The position numbers and the translations under genes were made by a program. A model generated the notes under the pieces. It ran no database searches, was not told the origin of the DNA, and saw only the letters and a program-made list of their open reading frames with translations. A stretch of DNA of 64,000 bases, taken from the sequence record SRR22947725_1144. The stretch is one strand, 5' to 3'. This document shows positions 8,464 to 18,681 of this stretch, piece after piece; the stretch's first letter is position 1; each line of letters opens with the position of its first letter.

Positions 8464-10776
8464 ATGAACCTCAAGCATCGAGCACGACCGAAACTGCCTG
8501 AATGGATCAGTCTCCTGACCTTTTGGCTTAGGTTCAATTTATTTTGCCTTGGCTTGGGAGCTCTTTCAGCCCAGCCGAATTTACATCACCTCATCGATGC
8601 GCAAACCGCGGAGCAAGCTTCAAAGGTTAGCGAGGGATGGTTATTGGTCAATGAACTTGGCTGTTTTCAATGCCATTCGAAACCACCGAAACGACTCACA
8701 GGATTACCTGCGTTCGACGCCCCTGTCCTGACCGAAGTCAATACACGATTGACCCCTGAGTTCGTCAATCAATTCATTCAGAACCCCAATCAATCGCACC
8801 ATGGAACACGCATGCCTGCCGTAATGGAACATTTGACCAAAGGTCAGAAATCTGAGGCAGCAAGGCATCTTACAGCTTTTTTGATGCATGATGGTTTTGA
8901 ACAAACTCGGGAGGACACAATTTTAGCTGTCCCTGAGCAAGTGAACGTCGATGAAGGGCGGAGATTATTTTCAGCAATAGGATGCACCGTGTGCCACCCA
9001 TTTCCGGAATCAGAGGACAAGACAATGCCTGACTCATTGATGCATGTAAGATCTAAATATCAATTTAAAGGTCTGCAGAACTTTCTACTTGAGCCCCAGA
9101 ACATTCGGAAAGGGTTTCGAATGCCCGACTTCAATCTCACCGAAGAGGAGTCCAATAAACTAGCGATCTTCTTGATGAGTTCGGAGCCGACTGCTCAGCC
9201 AGCTTTTAGCTCTACTGGCATAATCGAAAAAGGTGCCCTTTTATTTTCTGAATTGCTGTGCATTCAATGTCATACAAGTTCCGGGAAAGAGGAAATCAGG
9301 AAGGCCATCGTTCCCTTTCCCTCGTCAGATTCTCTGAATGAAGGATGTCTTGCCGAGATTCCCCACAAAAGACTGCCTAACTATGGTTTGAACCAAATTC
9401 AAATAGATTTGATTCGTTCAGCCCTGTCTCAAGCAAATCGCTCAGAAGAATCCATCTATCAGGCAGACATGCACCTTTACATGAAAATCCTAAGGTGCAA
9501 TGCCTGCCATGAGCGTCAGCCATTGACTCCGCCTCGATCTGACATGCGCGCTCACTTTACCAGCTCAGGGGAGGACTTGGGTGATGAGGGCCGAATACCA
9601 CCAGCTCTAAACGGCGTCGGAAGAAAGTTAACCCGAGGAGCATTGAAGAAAACGATTCAGGGAGCAATGCCTGTCCGTCCCTACATGAACACACGCATGC
9701 CAAATTGGGGAGATACTCATGCCGATATTTTGACAGAACATTTCATTGAATCTGATCTTGAAACAGACGAAAAACCAACTCCTCGAAAAGGCCGGGAAAA
9801 CCAAGTAGGACGCAATATGTGGGGGCGCGCACTCATGGGGATCGATGGGCTCGGATGCATTCAGTGCCACCCTTTGAATGGAAATCGATCTCTTGGAATT
9901 CAAGCGATGGATTTGAAGCATTCGAGTGGACGGCTGCGTGCTCCATGGTTTCGGGATTACCTGATGGATCCACCCAAGTTTCGTCCTGGCACTCGCATGC
10001 CATCCTTTTGGCCCAATGGCAATCCAAGTCTCAAAGGCCTTGGCGGAAGCACAGAAAGGCAAATCGACAGTCTCTGGGCTTACTTAAATGAATTAGGTCA
10101 ATCACGCTTACCTGAGGGGATGGAATCCAAAGGTGATTTCGTGCTCAAACCTGAACGTCGGCCAATGGTCTTTCGAACGTTCATGAAAGATGCAGGGTTG
10201 CATGCAATAGCGGTTGGTTTCTCCCAGAATTTTCATGTCGCTTTTGATTCAAAATCATGTCGCTGGATGCTTGCCTGGAGTGGCCCCTTTCTTGACGCTG
10301 AAGCCACCTGGGATGATCGCTTTACGCCACTCACCTCCCCATCCGGCGACCAACTACCGTGGTTCCCTCAATCAAATCCTTTTTGGAAACAGGAAGACAC
10401 AGGCAGGCAGGGCGCAAACCTGAAGATCAATGCCGTCTTTTCAGGGTATCGTTTGGATGAGCAGGGAATACCATCTTTTCATTACACTTTGGGAGGCGGT
10501 GTTGTGGAAGACCAAATTGAACCGTTACACAACGGAATTCAGCGGAGGGTAAAAGTATCGGCAGATTCCAGCATTAACAAGTGGCTCATTTACGAATCGG
10601 AACATATGAGCAAGGTAGACCGCCTCCTTTTTCAATCAGACCAAAAATTTTTGATCCGGATCGAAAAAGGTATCCCGCTCATTGTGGAGGAAGATCACAG
10701 AAAGCAGCTTTGGATTCAACTTTCTCCAGTATCCGGTATGGAATTCAAATATACGGTCAGAAGGCACACACCATGA
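8464..10776 (+). CDS. Multi-domain c-type cytochrome, five CXXCH motifs (PVC type)
   Basis: CFQCH, CTVCH, CIQCH, CNACH and CIQCH; four are followed by RMP (axial Met) motifs; signal peptide present. Confidence 0.88.
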   Translation: MNLKHRARPKLPEWISLLTFWLRFNLFCLGLGALSAQPNLHHLIDAQTAEQASKVSEGWLLVNELGCFQCHSKPPKRLTGLPAFDAPVLTEVNTRLTPEFVNQFIQNPNQSHHGTRMPAVMEHLTKGQKSEAARHLTAFLMHDGFEQTREDTILAVPEQVNVDEGRRLFSAIGCTVCHPFPESEDKTMPDSLMHVRSKYQFKGLQNFLLEPQNIRKGFRMPDFNLTEEESNKLAIFLMSSEPTAQPAFSSTGIIEKGALLFSELLCIQCHTSSGKEEIRKAIVPFPSSDSLNEGCLAEIPHKRLPNYGLNQIQIDLIRSALSQANRSEESIYQADMHLYMKILRCNACHERQPLTPPRSDMRAHFTSSGEDLGDEGRIPPALNGVGRKLTRGALKKTIQGAMPVRPYMNTRMPNWGDTHADILTEHFIESDLETDEKPTPRKGRENQVGRNMWGRALMGIDGLGCIQCHPLNGNRSLGIQAMDLKHSSGRLRAPWFRDYLMDPPKFRPGTRMPSFWPNGNPSLKGLGGSTERQIDSLWAYLNELGQSRLPEGMESKGDFVLKPERRPMVFRTFMKDAGLHAIAVGFSQNFHVAFDSKSCRWMLAWSGPFLDAEATWDDRFTPLTSPSGDQLPWFPQSNPFWKQEDTGRQGANLKINAVFSGYRLDEQGIPSFHYTLGGGVVEDQIEPLHNGIQRRVKVSADSSINKWLIYESEHMSKVDRLLFQSDQKFLIRIEKGIPLIVEEDHRKQLWIQLSPVSGMEFKYTVRRHTP

Positions 10777-12272
10777 TACGATTCATTGTTTCGATCACAG
10801 CAATTTCCTTGGTCAATTTTTGGCCTGATTCTGGCAAAGCGCTTAATGCCGCAGCATCTGGCGTTTCGAATGCAAAAGCGGCTTATACACTCTCGACTTT
10901 TGAAATTCCCGAGCAGTTGAAACTTGAAGTCAGCGGGCTTGCTCCACTGCCGGACGGTCGGCTTGCTATAGCCATTCGTAAAGGAGAAATCTGGATTGCC
11001 GATCAAACCAGGCACCCTGAATCCACCCTTTACACCCCGTTTGCCAAAGGCCTCCACGAACCACTTGGCCTGGCTTTTCATAAGGACGCATTATACACGG
11101 TGCAACGCACCGAACTCACGCGTATCAGAGACCTGGACCATGATGGCATTGCCGATGAATATTGGACGGTTGCCAAAGGCTGGGGTGTTACCGGGAATTA
11201 TCACGAATATGCTTATGGACCTCAATTCGATCTGGAGGGTCACGCATGGATCACGCTGAACATAGGCATCGGTAGAGGCTCCGTACCTGATGACAATGCA
11301 TGGCGAGGTTGGAGCATCAAAATTTCACCAGATGGATCCTGGAGTCCCGTCTCTGCAGGATTCCGCTCTCCAAGCGGTATTGGCATGAATACAGCAGGAG
11401 ATATTTTTGCCACGGATCAACAAGGCAACTGGTTCCCTACTTGCCCACTGATACATGTCAAACAAGGTTCTTTTCATGGCCATGCGGATGCATTGGAACA
11501 CACCCGGCGACCTGAGTCTTCATTGCAGTGGAGCAAAGAAATACCCAGCGGAATGTCTGTTGTAGAAGCTGCCAAACATTTGCAATCCTATCAATTACCT
11601 GCCATTTGGTTTCCCTATCGCAAGATGGGGATGAGCGCGACCGATGTGCTTTGGAATACGACAAAAGGAAAGTTTGGTCCCTTTGATGATCAAGCGATCG
11701 TGGGTGAGTTCACGATGTCCATGCTGCTTCGAGTCTATCTTGAAGAAATTGACGGTATTTATCAGGGGGCATGCTTTCGTTTTTTTGAAGGGCTCCAATG
11801 CGGTGTTCTGAGACTCGCCTGGGACAATGAGGGTGATCTCATTGTAGGAGAAAGTAATCGTGGGTGGAATTCTCTGGGTAATAGATCCTATGGAATGGAG
11901 AAATTGACATGGACAGGCGAGATGCCATTTGAAATGCAGCGGATCAATGCCCTTCATGATGGATTTCGAATATCTTTCACCCAACCTCTCAGTAAAAACA
12001 CGTCCATTACACCGAATCATGTAAAAATTCAGAGTTACACATATCACTACCATGCCAGTTATGGGAGTGATGAAATCCTGAAATCAAATCTTGAAATTAC
12101 AGATATCGTTCTGGCGCATGATCGAAAATCTCTCGACGTGCAGGTAAAGGGATTGAGGGAGGGGTTTGTTCATGAAATTGAATTGGAGGGGTTCAAATCG
12201 AATGAAGAAAAAAAACTAATGCATACTATTGCCGCTTACACACTTAACAAAATCCCGAAGCAAACTGACTGA
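10773..12272 (+). CDS. Secreted beta-propeller dehydrogenase-like protein (glucose/sorbosone dehydrogenase-like, PVC family)
   Basis: Motifs LEVSGL, GLHEPLGL, D.D.DG.AD, YHEYAYG, G.RSP.GIG and TDQQGNW. The ATG at 10773 overlaps the upstream stop (ATGA); the ORF-track start of 10581 is an over-extension. Confidence 0.78.
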   Translation: MIRFIVSITAISLVNFWPDSGKALNAAASGVSNAKAAYTLSTFEIPEQLKLEVSGLAPLPDGRLAIAIRKGEIWIADQTRHPESTLYTPFAKGLHEPLGLAFHKDALYTVQRTELTRIRDLDHDGIADEYWTVAKGWGVTGNYHEYAYGPQFDLEGHAWITLNIGIGRGSVPDDNAWRGWSIKISPDGSWSPVSAGFRSPSGIGMNTAGDIFATDQQGNWFPTCPLIHVKQGSFHGHADALEHTRRPESSLQWSKEIPSGMSVVEAAKHLQSYQLPAIWFPYRKMGMSATDVLWNTTKGKFGPFDDQAIVGEFTMSMLLRVYLEEIDGIYQGACFRFFEGLQCGVLRLAWDNEGDLIVGESNRGWNSLGNRSYGMEKLTWTGEMPFEMQRINALHDGFRISFTQPLSKNTSITPNHVKIQSYTYHYHASYGSDEILKSNLEITDIVLAHDRKSLDVQVKGLREGFVHEIELEGFKSNEEKKLMHTIAAYTLNKIPKQTD

Positions 12273-12406
12273 GACCCCATCAACACGGTCACGTGATTGA
12301 ATCCAGACAGTAGATGATGGCGCATGCATACCCCTCTTGAAATACTGCATGGAGACGAAAAAACCATTGTAAGGCAAGAACCTTTTGTTTGCTGTCAATT
12401 TGCTCT

Positions 12407-12434
12407 TTGGCTCCAACTCGGCAGCGGCTATAAT
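12407..12434 (+). promoter_or_regulatory. Putative promoter giving a leaderless dnaE mRNA
   Basis: TTGGCT-16-TATAAT (12429-12434), then 7 nt, then the ATG at 12442; no Shine-Dalgarno. Confidence 0.6.
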
Positions 12435-12441
12435 ATCTTCC

Positions 12442-15400
12442 ATGGGGAAAGCCGAATTCGTCCATTTACACCTTCATACAGAGTATTCACTGTTGGATGC
12501 AGCCTGCCGGATCGACCGGCTTATGGAGCATGCGTCCAAACTGGAGTTTCCTGCCATGGCAATGACAGATCACGGTGTCATGTATGGGGCAATCGAGTTC
12601 TACCAGGCGGCACGAAAAGCCGGTATCAAACCCATCATTGGATGCGAAGTTTACGTCGCACCCGGTAGTCGACTGGAAAAGAAATCCAGTATAGGCGGCA
12701 AGGAGGTTTACAACCATCTTGTGCTTTTGGCGCAAAACGAGATTGGCTACAAGAATCTGGTCAGACTGGTATCAGACGCACATCTTGAAGGTTACTATTA
12801 CAAACCCCGCATCGATAAGGATATTCTGGGGGAGCACAAGGAAGGTTTGATAGCTCTTTCCGGGTGCCTGGCCAGTGAAATACCTGCCTTGATCACTCAT
12901 GAGAAACTCAAGGAGGCTCGCAATGCCATCGACTGGTTCAAACAAACTTTTGGACAGGAAAACTTTTTCCTGGAACTCCAGAATCACGGCATTCCTGAAC
13001 AGCAAATTGTCAACCGGCAACTGATCAATTGGGCGGATGATTTCGGCCTCAAAATGGTTGCAACAAATGATGTCCATTATGTTAAGAAGGAACATTCACA
13101 TGCGCATGACTCTCTGATTTGCATCGGCACACAGTCACAGCTGAACGATACAAAGCGTATGAGCTATGTCCCCGAGCAATTCTATCTACGCTCAGCGGAA
13201 GAAATGGCCGAGTTGTTCAAGGAAATACCCGATGCCGTCAAGAACACGCTGGAAATCGCGGAAAAGTGTGACCTGGAAATAAATTTTGGCGAACTCCATT
13301 ATCCTGTCTTTGAAGCGCCTGAACATTTCACGCGTGAAGGCTACCTTCGTCACCTCCTCGCCAAGGGAATGTATAAGCGCTATGAAATGGATGTTCGCGT
13401 TGATGGTGAAAAATTCATCGTCGAGCGAGTGGTGGATCCAACTAAACTACCTACTTACAAAGGCCTGAAGGAAACCAAGGATCAACCTGATTACAAACCC
13501 GAAAAAGCGATGGAGGATACCGAAATCGCAGCAGCTGCCAAGGTATTGACGGAAAGACTCGATTCGGAAATGAGTGTTATCGAGCAAATGGGGTTTGTCA
13601 GTTACTTTTTGATTGTGGGTGATTTTGTTCAATACGGTCGAGAAAAAGGAATAGCCTGTGTCGCCCGCGGATCTGCCGCAGGATCCTTGGTCACCTATCT
13701 TCTGGAAATCAGCAATGTGGATCCAATCAGATATGGATTACTCTTTGAAAGGTTTTTGAATCCAGAACGCGTCAATCCTCCGGATATTGATATCGATTTT
13801 GCAGATGATCAGCGCGCAGACGTCATCGAATATACACGGCAAAAGTATGGTCGGGAGTGTGTCGCCCAGATTGGCACCTTTGGTACGATGGGAGCTAAAT
13901 CTGTGATTCGAGATGTAGGTCGAGTGATGGGATTAAGCTATGGAGAAGTAGATCGACTGGCCAAAATGGTTCCTAACGATCTCAAGATTAACCTGACCAA
14001 ATCACTTGAGAAATCTCCCGATCTCAAGCAAGCCTACGATAGTGAGGAGGTTACAAGGGAACTCATCGATACAGCTTTTGTTCTGGAGGACGTATCACGT
14101 AATTGCTCGGTTCACGCAGCAGCTGTGGTGATTGGCGCCGAACCTCTTTATAATGTTCTCCCCCTGAAACAGGACGACGAGGGCGGCACAGTCACGCAAT
14201 ACGCCATGAATCCAGTAGGTGATCTCGGCCTTCTGAAAATGGATTTTCTTGGGTTGAAAACACTGTCCGTCATTCGAAATTGCTGTGAGATGGTCAAATT
14301 AACGAAAGGAATAGACATCGATGTGGAACTCCTGCCTCTTGATGATCAGGACACTTATGATTTGCTGAACAAAGGCAATACCGTCGGAGTATTTCAGTTG
14401 GAATCGGGTGGCATGCGTGACCTGTGCCGTAAATTTCAGATCGCTTCCGTGGAGCACATCACGGCATTGGTATCTCTGTATCGTCCTGGACCAATGGATC
14501 TGATACCCGACTTTATCAGGCGAAGACATGGAGAGGTGAACATTGAGTATCCGCATGCCTTGCTTGAACCCATTTGTAACGAAACCTATGGGATCATGAT
14601 TTATCAGGAACAGGTCATGCAGGCAGCTCAAATTCTTGCCGGTTATACGCTCGGAGGAGCCGATCTTTTACGTCGAGCCATGGGCAAGAAAAAGGTCGAG
14701 GTCATGCAGGAACACCGAAAACTGTTCGTTGAAGGCTGTGCTGAATGTAATAAAATTCCCGCAAGCAAAGCCAATGAAGTTTTCGATCTATTGGAAAAAT
14801 TTGCAGGATACGGATTCAACAAATCTCATGCTGCCGCTTACGCAGTTGTTGCCTATCAGACCGCTTACTTGAAAGCACATTACCCGGTGGAATTTCTGGC
14901 GGCGATGATGACCAATGACATGGGTGATACTGCCAAGTTGACTATCCTTATCGAGGAAGCCAAGCAGATGGGTGTGGAGGTTCAGCCACCGGATGTCAAT
15001 GAAAGCCGAGTGGTTTTTGCTCCCGCTCAAGGGGGAAAAGTCATCCGTTTCGGTATGGCAGCGATCAAAGGAGTAGGTGAGGTAGCCGTTCAGCAAATCT
15101 TGACAGCGCGGGATGAGGGAGAAAAGTTCACGACGCTATATGATCTTTGCATGCGTGTCGATGGTCGGTCGCTGGGACGCAAAGTACTGGAAGCTTTGAT
15201 CAAGTCAGGTGCTTGTGATTGTCTTGGTTTAAATAGGGCCTCTTTGTTTGGTCTTGTTGATAAAGCCTTGTCGAGAGCCGCAAGCGTGGCGGCCGATCGT
15301 TCCAAAGGGCAGACTTCACTCTTCGGAGCCATGGATGAACCGGAGAATATTGAGATTACAGAGTCTGACATGTTGAAGGAATGGCCAATCAGTGAAAGGC

Positions 15401-16089
15401 TGTTGGCCGAAAAAGAGCTGTTGGGTTTTTATGTGTCTGGTCATCCACTGAATCCGTTTGAATGGATATTGAAGCATTATAGTTTGGGCAATTCGAAAAC
15501 TATCGGAGAATTACCCGATCGAAGCATGACTCGAATCGGTGGAATGATATCAGCCATTCAGCAGGGCTTTTCCAAAAAAAGCGGTAAACCCTATGCCATG
15601 ATCACTCTTGAGGATCTGGAGGGTACCGTCCAGATCCTGTGCATGAACGAAAACTATGACCGGTATCGACATTTGTTTGAACCCAACAAGACGCTTATGG
15701 TGATTGGAGAAGTCAATAACGCCGAGGATCGCCCTAAACTTTTCCCTCAGGAGCTTCTTCCACTTGAGGACGCACCCAAACGATTTACCCAGCAGATCCA
15801 CTTCAGGATACCGATGAACACTTTTTCCGCCGAAAAGCTTGAGTCATTGGTGCAACTCGTTCAGACACACAAGGGAAGCTGTCCTATTATTCTATGTTTC
15901 ACAAAACCAAACGGGCGTTTTGCTTTTCTCGAACCTCATGAAAAATATCAGGTTCACCCCAGCACCAAAATCCAGCAAGCCATCGAAACGCTCTTCGGAA
16001 AACAAGCCTATTACGTCAAGGTGGACAAAGAACTGCCTGAACGTGCAAAACCCAGATGGGAGAAAAAACGCAGGGAGGAATCCGACTGA
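12442..16089 (+). CDS. dnaE: DNA polymerase III alpha subunit
   Basis: PHP domain FVHLHLHTEYSLLD, RGSAAGS, catalytic PDIDIDF, KMDFLGL, YGFNKSH and a C-terminal OB fold. Start MGKAEFVHL at 12442. Confidence 0.98.
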   Translation: MGKAEFVHLHLHTEYSLLDAACRIDRLMEHASKLEFPAMAMTDHGVMYGAIEFYQAARKAGIKPIIGCEVYVAPGSRLEKKSSIGGKEVYNHLVLLAQNEIGYKNLVRLVSDAHLEGYYYKPRIDKDILGEHKEGLIALSGCLASEIPALITHEKLKEARNAIDWFKQTFGQENFFLELQNHGIPEQQIVNRQLINWADDFGLKMVATNDVHYVKKEHSHAHDSLICIGTQSQLNDTKRMSYVPEQFYLRSAEEMAELFKEIPDAVKNTLEIAEKCDLEINFGELHYPVFEAPEHFTREGYLRHLLAKGMYKRYEMDVRVDGEKFIVERVVDPTKLPTYKGLKETKDQPDYKPEKAMEDTEIAAAAKVLTERLDSEMSVIEQMGFVSYFLIVGDFVQYGREKGIACVARGSAAGSLVTYLLEISNVDPIRYGLLFERFLNPERVNPPDIDIDFADDQRADVIEYTRQKYGRECVAQIGTFGTMGAKSVIRDVGRVMGLSYGEVDRLAKMVPNDLKINLTKSLEKSPDLKQAYDSEEVTRELIDTAFVLEDVSRNCSVHAAAVVIGAEPLYNVLPLKQDDEGGTVTQYAMNPVGDLGLLKMDFLGLKTLSVIRNCCEMVKLTKGIDIDVELLPLDDQDTYDLLNKGNTVGVFQLESGGMRDLCRKFQIASVEHITALVSLYRPGPMDLIPDFIRRRHGEVNIEYPHALLEPICNETYGIMIYQEQVMQAAQILAGYTLGGADLLRRAMGKKKVEVMQEHRKLFVEGCAECNKIPASKANEVFDLLEKFAGYGFNKSHAAAYAVVAYQTAYLKAHYPVEFLAAMMTNDMGDTAKLTILIEEAKQMGVEVQPPDVNESRVVFAPAQGGKVIRFGMAAIKGVGEVAVQQILTARDEGEKFTTLYDLCMRVDGRSLGRKVLEALIKSGACDCLGLNRASLFGLVDKALSRAASVAADRSKGQTSLFGAMDEPENIEITESDMLKEWPISERLLAEKELLGFYVSGHPLNPFEWILKHYSLGNSKTIGELPDRSMTRIGGMISAIQQGFSKKSGKPYAMITLEDLEGTVQILCMNENYDRYRHLFEPNKTLMVIGEVNNAEDRPKLFPQELLPLEDAPKRFTQQIHFRIPMNTFSAEKLESLVQLVQTHKGSCPIILCFTKPNGRFAFLEPHEKYQVHPSTKIQQAIETLFGKQAYYVKVDKELPERAKPRWEKKRREESD

Positions 16090-16439
16090 TTGAAAAGGCA
16101 ACACGCACCGTCAAAATGGATTTGATAGTTCAGTCAAAGTGAAGACTGATTAATATAGGCATGATACTTATGGCTGAAGTTAGGACTGTGGAATTGATTA
16201 TACAAATTACTTGTCTGGAGACAGACTTTTACAGGCGATGCCACTTTCAAATTCTGCCATGAATCGGACAAGGCCCGAACAGAGGTAGCGATTGAGCTTT
16301 ACCAAAGGCCATCAAGCATGACATTTACTCCAACTCAAATTAGATGAGTGGCCTGATACAATTGAAAATACGATCGTGAGCGCAAATTACAGTTACCACG
16401 CATAGGCAGCAGTTGCATCATTGCATGATGATATGATTA

Positions 16440-17351
16440 TTATTTCAATGTGCTTGCTTGCAACAACACTGGTCTGGGTTTGCTCGTCCAGAAAGAGAAC
16501 CCTTTCAAGCGAAATGAATACCCGAGATCCAGTTCATTTAACCAACGAAAAATGGATTCTGCGTGATCATCCTGGTGATATGTTGTGACTGCAATTTGTG
16601 GTCTGCAGGTTTGGATTACATGACGAGCCCCCTTCAGGACATCGAAATCACTGCCTTCAGCATCAATTTTGATCAGGTCTGAAGAGCTTAATTTCAGCCC
16701 GATTTCATCACAGTAATTATCCAGGCTGTTGGACTTGATCGCACCCAGGTCATCGTGAGAACTAGGTATGACACGTCCCGCATCCGGTGACTCGGATGCC
16801 ACGAATTTTACAAAACCCTTTTGATCCAGAAGTGCATCGGATTCTACTAGCACAGAATCCGATACGCCATTCATCCTTGCTCCCTCGTGTATCAAATCAG
16901 CCATGATTGGACTGGGTTCAAAGCAGTGGACCTTTACTTGATCAATTAATTTTGCCATTCGAAAGGCAAACAAGCCTTCGCATGCGCCAACATCAATGAC
17001 GTGACGTGTGTCATTGATTTGAATGGGAAACGTTGTGTAGCAGTGTGGATTCAGATCGGAGCATTCCTGTTCCACCATGAAGAATAAATTGTTATCAAGG
17101 ATACCATTCCACAGAAAATCAAGTTGAAGGGATTTACAATGGATTTGGACATGTTGATCACTTTTGGTGTTATCAGTAATCCGTAAGATGCGCTTGAAAC
17201 CTTTGCTGGCTAAGAAGTCATTCAGTCGAGCCGGAAAAGCCACACGATGAATTTGAAGCAAAGCATCAGAGAGTGAAAACAAACCGGTATAATGACGCAA
17301 ATGACTCCATGTCCGGTAGCATTGAAGGAGATGCCGTGCGCTATTTTTCAT
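16440..17351 (-). CDS. FkbM family SAM-dependent methyltransferase
   Basis: Motifs VIDVGACEG, FEPSP and KIDAEG.D..VLKGA; overlaps the flippase stop by 11 nt. Confidence 0.9.
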   Translation of the reverse strand: MKNSARHLLQCYRTWSHLRHYTGLFSLSDALLQIHRVAFPARLNDFLASKGFKRILRITDNTKSDQHVQIHCKSLQLDFLWNGILDNNLFFMVEQECSDLNPHCYTTFPIQINDTRHVIDVGACEGLFAFRMAKLIDQVKVHCFEPSPIMADLIHEGARMNGVSDSVLVESDALLDQKGFVKFVASESPDAGRVIPSSHDDLGAIKSNSLDNYCDEIGLKLSSSDLIKIDAEGSDFDVLKGARHVIQTCRPQIAVTTYHQDDHAESIFRWLNELDLGYSFRLKGFSFWTSKPRPVLLQASTLK

Positions 17352-18627
17352 GACTGGGTTTTAGAATTTGTTTCTTCAAGTGAATGAATGCGGCAAAACA
17401 ACATATAAAAAGCCCAAGCTCTCCACCTACATATAACCATGTGGTTGCAACTAAACCATACCGAGGCACAAAATAAAAATGTAATATGACACTGACCAAT
17501 ACCGGTACAATGGCGCATTGAACAGTCAGCCAGTCTCTGTGGTACGCAAGTAAACTCCAAACAAGAATACCACTAGTCAGTCCTAGAAAACGTCCAAAGA
17601 CAGTGATGGAAAGATAAGGCCCGGCTGAATGAAATATTTCATCGGGGAATAACAAGGGATACAACCACGGGTATGCCAGATGTAAAACCCCACAACTCAG
17701 CAGGCCGGCAAGAATAACCATTCCACATATCAGTGTTACTCTGAAAAAGAAGTCGCTTCTTTCGTTTCTCCAGACAACCACCCGTGTATAGATAACCGAC
17801 CCTCCAAAGGCCAGGATCATTTGTGTTGCCATGGCAATGCGCGATAGATTGGCATAAGAATCATCCTGATTTGCAAAGTCTCCGGTTGAAGTAAGACTTT
17901 TGATACTCAACATTCCAAAAGTAATCAGTGTGTTGTAAAAAAGACCAAATATCCAGTTCGGTAGACCTTCGACTACAAATTGAAGTAGTTTTTTGATATC
18001 ACTGAAGTTAATGAGATAAACACGCCATTGGCATCGTATGTAGTACCAGGAACCAATGGTAACGAAAGCCTGTACGATACCCATTACCCATAAATCAGCT
18101 CCCATATTAATACCAGGTCTGAATACCAGAAGAAAATAGAAGGCTATGACAATAGAGGTCAGCGATTGAATCAATGAGAACAGAGGCATTTTTTGGAGCC
18201 CTTGAAAAACCCACTGAAAATTCATACCAAGCACAAAGAGATTCAAGATTGCAGCGCACCATAGAATTGATTCCTCTGGTGACAAATTCATGGACCATAA
18301 CCCCATGAACCAAAGGATGGATGTTATCCCATAAAGACAAAGTCGTATGGTAAACAAACTCGAGATTAACTGTTCAAAGATTATGGATTTCGCAGCCAGA
18401 TGGCGCACAGCTACGATATCTAAACCAAAAGTGAGTATGAATTGGACATATTGTGCAGAGACCAAGGCTTTGTTTGATTCCCCATTCAAGTCGCCATAAC
18501 AATTAGCGACATGAAACATGCCAAGCATTTGAAAGAGTCGAGCAATAAGCTGTAGCAAGACCGTTAAACTCAAGTCTTTCAATAACCGGCCGTTCAAAAA
18601 GCCAACAATTTTTTTAATCCACACCAT
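17341..18627 (-). CDS. Wzx-like oligosaccharide flippase (MOP superfamily)
   Basis: About 12 hydrophobic segments, FGLD..AVR and WVFQGLQKM patterns, and a C-terminal P.YGLVA; GGAG Shine-Dalgarno. Confidence 0.8.
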   Translation of the reverse strand: MVWIKKIVGFLNGRLLKDLSLTVLLQLIARLFQMLGMFHVANCYGDLNGESNKALVSAQYVQFILTFGLDIVAVRHLAAKSIIFEQLISSLFTIRLCLYGITSILWFMGLWSMNLSPEESILWCAAILNLFVLGMNFQWVFQGLQKMPLFSLIQSLTSIVIAFYFLLVFRPGINMGADLWVMGIVQAFVTIGSWYYIRCQWRVYLINFSDIKKLLQFVVEGLPNWIFGLFYNTLITFGMLSIKSLTSTGDFANQDDSYANLSRIAMATQMILAFGGSVIYTRVVVWRNERSDFFFRVTLICGMVILAGLLSCGVLHLAYPWLYPLLFPDEIFHSAGPYLSITVFGRFLGLTSGILVWSLLAYHRDWLTVQCAIVPVLVSVILHFYFVPRYGLVATTWLYVGGELGLFICCFAAFIHLKKQILKPSHEK

Positions 18628-18647
18628 ATCTGACTCCGTTTTTGGAC

Positions 18648-18681
18648 AAAAAAAGACCAGGGGCAGACGAACTGCCCCTGG
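18648..18681 (-). terminator. Intrinsic terminator of the giant surface protein gene
   Basis: 10-bp stem CCAGGGGCAG/CTGCCCCTGG with a 5-nt loop and a U7 tract on the minus strand. Confidence 0.85.

Noticed and set aside
13384-13545. Possible intein in DnaE
   Set aside because: Too short, and lacks the N-terminal Cys/Ser and C-terminal His-Asn splice motifs.
16090-16439. Small ORFs or ncRNA downstream of dnaE
   Set aside because: Only frames of about 50 codons or fewer without motifs, and no convincing stable structure.
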